The notes under the pieces are model-generated. The model was not told where the DNA came from. It did not search any database and saw only the letters and a program-made list of their open reading frames with translations. DNA of 64,000 nt from Glycera tridactyla. Taxonomy: Eukaryota. This document shows, one piece after another, positions 1 through 11,465 of the stretch. The number at the start of each line of letters is the position of its first letter. Position 1 is the stretch's first letter. A program made the position numbers and the translations under genes. The stretch lies in the NCBI GenBank assembly GCA_965644265.1, contig OZ286461.1, positions 114,948,001-115,012,000 of the forward strand, read 5' to 3'.

Positions 1-179
1 GAATACTGCTGCTAGAATCATCTCGAAAACTGATAGGTATCTCAACGTTGCCGAGATGTGCCGAAGAAGGGAAATAGAACAGAAATGCATGGAGATTGGG
101 TAGAGAGGATGCTATTTCACCTGGTGGGTGCTGTCATGGTATCTAACGAGGTCCAATGGTGGGAAAAGTGAGGGAACTA

Positions 180-357
180 CAGTAGAATCTACTTGGGAGA
201 CCACCACCCTCTAAAGACCACGTGCCTGTTAAGGCCACCCTGATCTGTGACCGTGATATAATTTTCAACGGTAAATGAGATCTCTATGGAGACCACGTGC
301 CTTTAAAGTCTAATGTTTTATGCGTTATTAGGTGGTCATTATAGACAGGTTCGACTG
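180..357. mobile_element. Short non-autonomous DNA transposon (MITE), Tc1/mariner-pogo-like
   Basis: Imperfect terminal inverted repeats CAGTAGAATCTACTTGGGAGACCACC (180-205) and GGTGGTCATTATAGACAGGTTCGACTG (331-357). TA on the left flank, TG on the right. Internal GACCAC sub-repeats. Confidence 0.55.
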
Positions 358-2780
358 TGTTTTGAATGATCAGGGATACTATCAATCGGTACAGAAAGGG
401 GAATGATCAATAAGGTGGGCGACCTTAGTCGCCCATTCGGCCAGTTTTCTCTATCGATAGAACTGTTTTGACATTGAGATTAGTTGCCTATATTGCAAAG
501 ATCATTCCAAAAAATGTCAAAAGTTGATGCCAGTGCTCAGATTGCAGTAGTCATATGGATATATATGCAACGCTCATGCCATGAGGACATTTTCAAAGCA
601 AATTCTCGCAAAAGTAGATACCAGGAAGGCTAGATATACCGCTGTGCGAATGAACAGGGCCTTCCAGGTTAGAACACCTCTACTCGTGACAGTCATGTTT
701 GCCTGGGTGAATTAGATTCACAGTCATGCCGCAGGAGCAAGTCCTTATTGCAGGCTGAGCATCCCAAATTACCAGCTAAAAATTGCTCACGGCGTCTTCA
801 AACAAAGCACAAATTATTGAATATAGTCCTCATTTAGCCTAGGAGTTTTCCTAAAGATCCTAGGAACCTTCTCCCCCCCCCCCTCCATGTTGAACAGCCT
901 TGTGTTGGCACACCCATCTACATTCCAGTACGACATTGAGATTGCAGATTTGAACATTTTGTAAACATTACTGTTTTAATTCTACATTTGCGAACACCAA
1001 GCAACCCATGTTGAGACAGCTTTGACTGAATCCCGATAGATATTGATTCAAATTGAATCAAATACTGATGGGGGGTAATCATGTGTGATGAGTGGGGGTT
1101 TCTCTCAAAATCCTCGATACGGTGAAATTAAGGAGATCTCAGGTGGATATCTGAACATTCTGCGCCTATTCAATCCAATAGCAAGAATATTGTGCTGATT
1201 TTTCTTCACGGTATGAACATTTTGCTGATCCTTTGATCTCATGAAGATTAAGATCGTTCTTCGATCTATTCGATTCAATTAACATTCTGATTGGTCTCTG
1301 ATGTAATGATTATTCTGCTGATTATTCTGCTCGGTCATTGATCTCAGGGACATACTGCTGATTTCTTGATCTAATGAACATCTTGCTGATTGTTCTATCC
1401 TACCCCCTTATAGAAGAAGCAAGCCTAGTTTATCTGGTATAGCCCAGAAAACATCTTGAATGATTTGAAATTTCTCCTGAAGCATTCCAGTCGCAATGTA
1501 GACCTGGATGTTTCGGAGATGTGAATAGAAAATTTACTAGACAATGTCCTTTTGTCTCTCAGCATGTCGAGGGAGATTGGATTAGCCAAGCATGGCCGTT
1601 GCTGAATAAGGCGACAGAGGCCATCATCCTGTGAATGTATGCGCAGGGGGAAGTACTGTTCTACTTTCTGACCGCCTTACGATCGTGTGAGGATAAGTTG
1701 GCCTATTCCCTTCTAATTGCTGAACCAAGGGTCACAGGCACCTCACAGGCATACATATCATATGCTGGGAAATCACATGAAGCATCTCTCTCCACCATCC
1801 CTTAAGATACTTTCGAGAGTAATCTCATTGTCAGAAAAAAAAATTGGTTGGCTTCATAAAGAGGATGGCTTCATACAACGATACTGGTTTAGGTTTATCA
1901 GCCAGGTCTAGATGATGGGCTCAATCGACAAAATAATTTGATTTTTATGATGCCTCGTTTTCAGGTTTCATCCACATCAGGCAGACTGAATCACGATCAA
2001 TCCTCAATACAACAATCATTATCGGACCTACTCTTTCATTTCAACATCTGTGTACAAGTGGATATATTTTGCGAATTTGCTGACAAATTCTTTCATGCCA
2101 CCATCATCGAGTCGAATCATGGTTAAAATGCAACCACCTGAACGCTGTAATGAACATTCTGTCGATCTGAGGTGAACTAGTAGAACCTATGTCTACTTAT
2201 ACATCCCAAAACATTATTTGGCCGATCTTGTGGACACATCTAGCAGCTTAATTTTGGACTGGTTCCCAGTCGCACTTTGGTGAAGACAAAACATAACTCT
2301 TGATCATCAAAGAAATCATGTTACCCATTTGACCCTCATGGAGTACCATCACTGTCGTTCCTGGTGAACCACAGTGAATGTTCTGGTCAGCGTTGTTTGT
2401 GTGATAAAGAAATTGTGATACTGAGAGGCCCGATATCAGTATCCAATCCACACAATATATCATCGACCAACGTGCCATACAACTTTCCATTACACCGGAA
2501 AGACAACCAACTAACCAACCAACAGACCACCAAATGTCACATGCATTCATCCAGATGCGCTTACTATTGATAGAATCAGTAACAAATCATTCAAACTATT
2601 CCAACAATGCATACGCCAACTTGCATACAAACCATCCACTTGACGATCCAACCACTCTACAAAGATCCCACTCACTCACCCCCAAAACCAGCCAACGAAC
2701 ACACACTTCACGGTCTCCTTGTTTATAGTAACAAACGACCCCAGTTCCTGCTTGGAATGTTATCAATGATGGTTGAAAGG

Positions 2781-2856
2781 TTCAGGCCCATAAGTAACAT
2801 CGTTGTTGAACATTTCTGTTCAAGCCCATAAGTGACATCGTTGTTGAACATTTCTG
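2781..2856 (+). repeat. 38-bp tandem duplication (2 copies)
   Basis: TTCA(G/A)GCCCATAAGT(A/G)ACATCGTTGTTGAACATTTCTG occurs twice. Confidence 0.9.
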
Positions 2857-2970
2857 GTCGACTGCACCTGTTGGATGTTCACACCAACCAAAAGTATGAA
2901 ATAGATAAATGTTTCTGCCAATGTTTGATACCACTACAGCTATAGTTCATGCGATCTATACCTACGAACT

Positions 2971-3300
2971 TATGGGAATGTGAGAAATTAGGTCACATGA
3001 CAAACTTTCTCAACCGAAGCCAATTGAAGCGTTTTACATTAATTTACAATAGGAGACGACATCTGTCTTCCGGATGTTCCCATTATATGTGAGCAGATAT
3101 TAGTGCGGCAAGACCGAATGATGCATATCTCAAAGTATGGGAATGTGAGAAATTAGGTCACATGACAAACTTTCTCAACCGAAGCCGATTGAAGCGTTTT
3201 ACATTAATTTACAATAGGAGACGACATCTGTCTTCCGGATGTTCCCATTATATGTGAGCAGATATTAGTGCGGCAAGACCGAATGATGCATATCTCAAAG
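2971..3300 (+). repeat. 165-bp tandem duplication (2 copies)
   Basis: 2971-3135 matches 3136-3300 with one mismatch seen (GCCAATT/GCCGATT). The paralogous region near 16.3 kb has one copy. Confidence 0.9.
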
Positions 3301-3384
3301 CTTCTCACTTTACACCAGCGAGCGAATCATATTTCCCACCCACTTCAAAGTGAAAAAGGAGCCCTGATCTGTACGTCGGATCAA

Positions 3385-3500
3385 TCAACCTGCCTGTCTG
3401 CCTGCTGCCCTACCTTACTACCCACCCTACTACTTACCTGCCTATCTGCCTAACACCAACCCACCTACCTACCAACCTGCCTGCCTGCCTACTTACCTAG
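3385..3500 (+). repeat. (CCTA/CCTG)n degenerate microsatellite
   Basis: Direct reading. Paralog at 16775-17250. Confidence 0.85.
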
Positions 3501-3899
3501 CAGCGAATACATATATCTCGGTCCCTCCCAGATACTGATGTTATGCGTATATAAACCTCTTTGACTCTGTAACCAATGATGCAATTGCAGCGAGATATGC
3601 CGAGAGGCTTTCAGGCGGTATCATATCAAGCAGAGTGCAGTGGCGTTATGCAAGGGGCGGCTATTTTATGTCAAGGCCTGCGTGTTCACCACCAGATGGC
3701 TCTGCTGGACGCGATTAGAGCTTCTGAGAAATGATGGCTGGCAGATAAAAGCTCGAGTACAGCTGAGATCCGGTCCGGGTCAGCTGGACACCATTTATAA
3801 ACCTTTTTGGCTAGAGGCTATCACGAAAATGTAGAGATTTCATGGTAGCCAGCGCCTCCACTTACATATATTCGGAGGCACGCAAGCGGGACTATACAG

Positions 3900-4340
3900 G
3901 TAGATGGATGAATGTATGGATGGGTGGATAGNNNNNNNNNNNNNNNNNNNNNNNNNNNNNNNNNNNNNNNNNNNNNNNNNNNNNNNNNNNNNNNNNNNNN
4001 NNNNNNNNNNNNNNNNNNNNNNNNNNNNNNNNNNNNNNNNNNNNNNNNNNNNNNNNNNNNNNNNNNNNNNNNNNNNNNNNNNNNNNNNNNNNNNNNNNNN
4101 NNNNNNNNNNNNNNNNNNNNNNNNNNNNNNNNNNNNNNNNNNNNNNNNNNNNNNNNNNNNNNNNNNNNNNNNNNNNNNGTTGGGTGAATGGATGTATTGA
4201 TGAATGGAAGGAAGGAGGGCAGACTGTCTCGATAGATGGACAGTCGGCTGGGTAGGTATAGGCATGGATATGTGGATAGATGGATGGATAAATTGTCGGG
4301 TTGACATATGGATAGAGAAACGGACAAACAGACAAGATCG
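3900..4340 (+). repeat. (GATG/GGAT)n degenerate microsatellite spanning a gap
   Basis: Direct reading. Paralog at 17645-18050. Confidence 0.85.
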
Positions 4341-5533
4341 ATCCATACCTACACCATTGCCAAACCGTCTTGGTTATCATAATTCAGGTTCAGCGCCCAC
4401 AAATAAATAAATCACAGTGATGCAGGTCATTGCAGGTTAGTGAATGTTCCCCAATCAGGTTAATGAACCAATTTTCTGTACGGATTTCTTCCAAATCCAC
4501 TAAGAGACACAATTCACTATAATGGAATGTCTATAGGAAGAGAATCGAATATAAAAATGGAACCAGTCTCATCTATAAAAAGAGGCCTGTCAATGTGTTC
4601 AGAGTATAAAAAATCAGATTCCTCAGGCAGCGATCAATTCAGCTATGGTGTCATCATTTTTCGTGGGGTTAGTTGAATGGTTGGGCCGTGACCTGCGCCA
4701 CAAATTGCTGGTCTAATGCATGAGGCTCATTTTTATAATTATCAAGAGCTGCTGGGTGAGAATGGGATGATGATGGGTGAAGCTCAGAGCAAGTAGCGCC
4801 ATAAATTTCACTGAGTCAAACTGACAACAATGCCAGTAGCCATTAGACAGAGAAAAATAAGCCATCAAAACATGGAATTATCCATGTTTCTGAATCACCG
4901 ACGTCTCATGCGACCACGAGGTATAGAATGAAAAGGTGATTTCCAGCCCTTCAAAGAAAGAGTGAACATCTACTTCACTCAAAATGAAGGTGGGTATGTT
5001 CAACTCGGTTTCGAATAAATGATATTCCAAATATAGTATTGAGATTGAAGTTTTCTAAAACAAATAATCGTTTCGTTTTTTGGGGGGTATGTTTCAAGTA
5101 CATGAAAGAAATAATGGCGACATAGCACCCAGCTTCCATACATCAAGAACACGTGGCATACAATATGGTTTGAGTTGATGCATGTCATTAAACCTCATCT
5201 GAATAATATGCAAATCAGAATGTGGTGTGAGATGTCATGCATGGTGTTAAGTATTGGAAATGGCTGTCTTTAATGCGGTACTTGGATACTACACATGGAT
5301 ATTCCATCCATGGGTGGAGACAGCTTCACATCTGATGAGTTGATGGGACGAAAGAGCTTCATCACCTCTTTGCCATCTCCAGCTCTACAATGAAGATTCA
5401 CAGTCTGTGGACTCCACTGACCCAACATCACCATGGTCAGATGTTCAGCTGTCACGTCACGTCATCCACGTCATCCTGTCACTCTATGACGTCACTAGTT
5501 TGTTTAGGTCGCTAAGAGAGTGTCTGTGCTCGT

Positions 5534-5615
5534 GAGTGTGTGTGTGCTTGTAAGTGTGTGTGTGTGTGCTTGTGTGTGCGTGCGTGCGTGGGTGCGTGCG
5601 TGTGTGTGTGTGTGT
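5534..5615 (+). repeat. (TG)n/(TGCG)n microsatellite
   Basis: Direct reading. Longer paralog at 19732-19868. Confidence 0.9.
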
Positions 5616-7734
5616 GGAGAAAGGTTCCCGTGTTCAGATGGATTTGGTTTCACAGAATGATACATGACAAACCAGTGAAAAACATGTTTTTGTGGAGAGG
5701 CATGTGCATTAGCAGACACGCTTTAAGTCGATTTTATCACTGCAGATCACCACATTTCGGGTGTTTGTGGGCAGCAATGCCATCTAAGTGCAGCCTCGAG
5801 ACGCCTATACCAGAGATCTAAAATGCGGCTGGGTTTCTTGCAGACATCTATTTGATCAAACCCAGAAATATTCTCATGCACTCATCCTTCTTCACATACA
5901 CAATTTGACAATTTACACAGATCGTCAGAGAGCTATTTTTTTCAGTATCATTATTTTGGATGATCGGATGATTGTATTTAGTATGGTCAAATATTTCGAC
6001 ACAAGATGGTGCAACTTTTTCATCTCAAGTATCCCAGGGAACATTGCATATGAATATCCGTGGTAGTCTTCTCTGACATATATCGATATGACATATATAA
6101 TTTGTTCAACATGAATGTGTGGAAAAGGGGTCATATTGTAAGAAATGTTTTGGTTCAGAGGGCAGCACCGCTGTCATTTTTCACAAGTAGGCACTGAATC
6201 GCTGTTATTGTCTCTGGCCCTGCTGGTTTGAAGTTGACAGTTTGTAATTGAACACATTGATCCAGTACCCTCTGAATCTAATGCAGTTTCAAGTACTGTG
6301 CTCTGCACGGAAAGGAAGCATTCCCATCAGGCTTGAGTGAGAGGTTCCAGTCGGTTACATGGCTAGATATGCTATCATTAGATTTAGTTTGTTCATGTTG
6401 AGTAGGTAGAGGTGTGTCTGAACTGTCAGCCACTTCCACTTGACAACCTTTCAGGTTGATTGGGGTTTGTGAGGAGGATGTATGCAATGGAGAGAACATC
6501 TAGCTTTCATTATATAGGAACGCATGGCATATATAACCCTAGGGTTGATACATGCCGTTATACCTCGTAACAAACAAACAAACCCCAACCCTGCAATACA
6601 GTCGGAATGATTGCACCAACTGCAAGCCAAGGGGGACACAGTTAAACCGTGCAATAACACAGGTACCATTAATTCTACCCAGGCTTCAACGACGGAGATG
6701 CTGATACGCAAGCAAACTTTATGTTCACGTCTATAAAGCATGTTTTCTCTGAAGATATATGCATCAGGATGTTGACTTTAGAATCTGATACGAGAAGCTT
6801 GGAGCGGCACATTCTGGCTTGATTCCACATGCAAAACCACAAGATATTCATCTCCTTTTTATTCCTTCCAAATCCACGAGAGGATGTGATTCAATCTTTG
6901 TTTGGAGGCTTGGTTTTGTGGATGGATATATTGATGTTCAACGACCTGTTTCAAACCATTGGGTTATGGTCGATTAACCTTTCACTGTACACTGACCTGA
7001 CGCCGTGAGTTGCTCCACAAGTTAATGTTACACCAGAATGACGAAACAGAACACGGTGAAAATGCATGAATGTTGGATTGGATATGTTTTTTCACGGCTG
7101 AAGAAGAATGGGTTGACAGGCACTGGGTACAGGTCATGGGCGAGGTGAAAGAACTGACCTTGCTGTGGAAAAATACCATCACGAGAAGAATTTACCTCAT
7201 GCCAGCCTAAAAGAATACGTAGATTTTTACAAGAGCCTTCCGAATTACTCGTACACATGGCATGTTGTTATTATGAGGACTTCTTGCATAATGTTCGGTG
7301 ATATGCAGTTGCACGCACAGCTTTTGAGAGGTGAAAACAAACAGTCAACCAACCAACCAACAAGTAACCAAATAATCAGTTCCATGTTGGAATCACGAAT
7401 ACCAGTGGATTAGTTACAGGTTGAAAGTGGAGTGAAATGTTCACTCAGCAGTCTTTGTCTAGGCTGAGTGTGATGTTTGTCTATTGTCAGTGCTAAATGC
7501 GGCCCAATCTGTGTGCTGTCAATCGACCTGGGCACGCCATACTCACATAGGCCACTTCTCTTCTAGTGTCTTCACAACTGGCCACATTACCCTTTCTAAA
7601 GCTCCTCTCTATGCTGCCAGAATGTTGGTATTCAGAAGTCACGCTTCCCCACAATACTCAGCCACAGCATATTCACGAAATCAATACACACGCACACGCA
7701 CAGCACGCATGCACACATACAACAGCCAATGGGC

Positions 7735-8013
7735 ATTTTATAGAATGCCCCAAGTGCCGCGGACGGGAACGCGATTTTTCTAGAGGCATTTTTCCTAATG
7801 TTTGCCGCGACGCTATGCAAATCAAACACGCGACGCTGCCGGTTGACCCTTGACCTCGATTGTTCTAGAGCCGATCAGCATTGGCATACAAGTGTCACAC
7901 GACCAGGAGATGGTTATACCACGAGGAGTATAACCTCCGAGGTTATACGATTCCTATGTACGTACACAGTGGACGACGATTATATACACGCTACAAGCGA
8001 TATTGGATGATAA
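7735..8013. mobile_element. ~280-bp insertion specific to copy 1, hairpin-rich, unclassified
   Basis: Copy 2 reads CAATGGGC-G-TGAGACATTC with no insert. Hairpins GGGCATT/AATGCCC (7731-7750) and GGTTATAC/GTATAACC (7912-7935). Confidence 0.45.
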
Positions 8014-8113
8014 TGAGACATTCACCTCATGTTGTTGCGTCATCCTTGTGTTTCTTACATCAGCTTTTGGAGTGTGTATATATGTAGATATAAATGAATA
8101 AATATATATATAT

Positions 8114-8150
<37 letters not shown>

Positions 8151-9084
8151 TGTGTTTGTGTGTGTTGGGTTGAATGATAATATATCTTCGACATTATATC
8201 TCATCTGTCTTTAGGAATCTCTATCTTTCTATCTCTCTTAGCTCTCTCCTACATCTTTCAATAGAATAGGCTCAGATGTAGGTTGTTGACTGTTTGCTTA
8301 TATGTGGTATCGTCACTATGCAAAAGCAGGTACCAGGCACACCAGTTTAGGGTTACGAGGGCTGCGACTGGGCATACTAGGGAGTGTTAAGGCCTTGTAC
8401 CGCAAGTATGGGGCATTCATGATTGTATAGGTGGTTCGAAGTTGACAGTTTGTTTTCGAACACATTAATCGAGTATTCCTCAAATCCAATTATTTTCTAC
8501 TTCAACATACCGCACTTTTCCTCAAAGAAAGCATAAAAAATATCAGCTTAAAACCAGTTACATAGTTAGATATGTCATCGTTATGGTCATCATGTTCATG
8601 TCAAATAGGCGGATNNNNNNNNNNNNNNNNNNNNNNNNNNNNNNNNNNNNNNNNNNNNNNNNNNNNNNNNNNNNNNNNNNNNNNNNNNNNNNNNNNNNNN
8701 NNNNNNNNNNNNNNNNNNNNNNNNNNNNNNNNNNNNNNNNNNNNNNNNNNNNNNNNNNNNNNNCAGTACACAGAGTTATTGCTGTGAATACCATGTTTCT
8801 TCGTCCAACTTTCATGTTCGTGAATGGCGCCCCAGTTTATCAATCACTCCGATTTTCACATTTTCATCTGTTGCACCTGAATTACGGTTTGCAAAATAAC
8901 AATATTTATATTACTGAGGTTTTGTGAATTAAATTTTGGCATGACCCATATAATTGAGAAAAACTGAGTAATCTGATCAATGATGAGAGAAACTCAGACT
9001 GGATCTTCTTATTCCGAACTGGGAATCAATGTTTTTCTAATAATATACATAGAAACTCATATGTCGAGAGTGGGATAGAATGAC

Positions 9085-9830
9085 ATCGTCATCATCAGGT
9101 TTTTCATTCAATTACGTTCTTCATTATTACATCTCGTGCATCTACCGTTTTTCCAATATTTCTGAAATATTTCGAGAATGCTCTGTGCTTTTTCCATTGT
9201 TACTGGTGAACCAACAGCTTTTTCTTGTCGATTATTGTGGATACAAATTGCCAAGGCTGAGAATTTGTTGACAACCCTCGAACAAAATTCTGTATCTAAT
9301 CTGCAGATTTGGGCATGGGAGTTTTATCATCAGGTCATCTGCAATCTTTCATGCACTTACTCAATGATATAATATCTAACTTGTCAATGGAGTCTGACTT
9401 TTGTCAGTACCGCATACGTTGCTATATTGAAATAGTTTGTCCAAAGAGGAAAGTGGGAATATCTGTTGAATGTGTTAAAGACGATATCTTATGAGCGAGC
9501 ATGGGGTACATTCCGTCCCTTTTGCCAGCATGGAGAAGCATGTGGAATCAATTCTTCGCTTAAGGTAGATAGCTTGTTGATGATGACAGTCAGATGATAT
9601 CTATTCCTCATGATGATGGCATTTGATGCAGATTAGAACCCTCACCAAAATTCTGTATCTATTCCGCAGATTTGTGCACGAAAGTTTCATCGCCAGGTCA
9701 TTTGCAATCTTTCCTTCTCTCACTCAATTATTTTGGCCAAGGATTTGATATGAGATTAACTCCCAGTGTGTAAATACAATCGCTCAGGATAACCATAGAC
9801 TGCCGATAATATAACAGGGAGACATGCTTA
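9085..9830 (-). pseudogene. Decayed F5/8 type C (discoidin)-like domain relic, copy 1, rearranged by an internal duplication/insertion
   Basis: Minus-strand reading SNPWPK* ... SA(D/E)*IQNFVRGLSTNSQPW ... DKKK/WFTSNNGKSTEH, with stops and frameshifts. Confidence 0.5.
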
Positions 9831-11212
9831 TGAAGGAAATTGGAGATATTTCGTATATCAGGGATGCCATATAAATGTTACGAGGCTGAAACCCGAGCTA
9901 AGTAACACTCATTTGTGAAGCCTTCCTCTATCCCTGGTGGCATGGATTTTATTCGCCTGACCTGTCATGTAGAGAAATCAAAATCTGCAATCCCAAATGA
10001 TATATCCTCCCAACTCAACTGTGTGAGGCAGTAGAGTTTGAGTCCCATGTGAATACCAGGGTTCGGTCAGCCAGCCGTCCCTTGGAGATTCCTGGCTGGT
10101 GTTGGGACCCTGTCATAGAGGATTATAATTCACCAATATTGTGGCTAAGGATCTGATATGGGATAATCTTCCAGTGTGTGAATATAATCGCCCGAGATTG
10201 CCCCAGATTACCAAAAACATGCCATGAAGACATGATTGTGATGGAGATTGGAGTCATGTCAGCTGTCAGGGATATAGTATATGACTCACGAGCCTGAAAA
10301 CCTGACAGATTTCTCAAACCTCCTCTCATCAAACTTAGCATATACCCCTTCACTCCTGTTCCTGAGCTGCCTTTGCAATTTCAATAATCATCCCCTGTCA
10401 TTATTCTTTCATAACCTGAGACATATCTGGTATGTATCATAGATTTCAGATGCTTGGCATGCAATATAGGGAGATCAAAATCTTCATCACTAATCAATAA
10501 TCTTACACCAGACAGCTATCGTCAATATTTCAGGATAGTCAATATGTCGTCACATAGCCTGCCTTCATACACCAATGGGATGAGACGTTATTTGACAGAA
10601 TGACAAATCCTTAACTCTACTTGGTGACAGGAGCATATATCATGGTACACAATCAATGACAACAAGTCGAGAAATACCAGATCGAATCTGATCCTGGCTG
10701 TCACCAATCAAGTCTACTACAGATCATCACAAACATATTTGAAGCTATCTGTAGCTGGCATATGTGATGATCATGGTGTAGCTCGCTCTGTTTGCTACAT
10801 ATTCGGATGGGACAACTATGTCATGTTCAGTAAAACAAAGAGTCTAGTTGGCATTTTTCAGAGTTACATTCTAGTCACGCGACCGTGTTCACTCCCACCA
10901 TTAGCCACCAACTACGAGCTTGTAATACAAACACCTTGAATGCCCTACTAGGTCTCTCTTAAATGTACTGGAATAATTATTCGGATTACCAAATGGATGA
11001 CAAACATGAAAGGATGACATGAAAGAATCATGCAGGATATGACGCGCTGTGATTAATAGTCTATGCATGACACATCATATGCTTCAGCAACGGAATACTC
11101 AGTTATCATAAGTTATTGCGATGACAGTGTAGCCTTGAGAATAGATACTCATTAATTTAGATACTCATTACCCACCCTACGTATTTCTCATACATCCTCG
11201 TAACCATTCAGT

Positions 11213-11465
11213 AAGAATATATGGCCGTGAAGTAAACATGCATTACCAAACAAGGTGTGAATCTAAATAGGGCCTTCGGCCTCGTGACATTCAACGAAAT
11301 TCACACTGAGTTTGGTATTGCGTTTTTACCTCACGGCCATATATTCTTGCTTTTATCACATGTATAAAGGGAGAACTTGTTTGAGAGTGGTTCTCACCAA
11401 GCTGTAAAGTGACACACGCAATACCCAACACCTGATACCTCACTAAAAATGACACATCCATGTGA
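11213..11465. mobile_element. Foldback (long-hairpin) non-autonomous element, copy A
   Basis: Imperfect inverted arms across 11213-11348 around a central GGCCTTCGGCC (11271-11281). Same family as 24625-24850 and 35950-36221. Confidence 0.65.

Noticed and set aside
416-435. 8-bp hairpin TGGGCGAC-CTTA-GTCGCCCA as a Helitron 3' end
   Set aside because: No CTRR terminus follows it, and it is isolated.
3821-4410. ORFs spanning N-runs (also near 8.6, 16.5-17.3, 22, 28.3, 46.4, 49.6 and 51.1 kb)
   Set aside because: Open only because N codons and simple repeats contain no stops.
5332-5360. CTGATGA-GTT..GAC-GAAA hammerhead-like core
   Set aside because: No stem I or III or NUH can be built, and the paralog near 19522 lacks GAAA.
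7028-7300. Trypsin-like reading (VRATAHS, LRILLGWHE, PSACQPILL) on the minus strand
   Set aside because: The motif spacing is wrong and needs several frame jumps.
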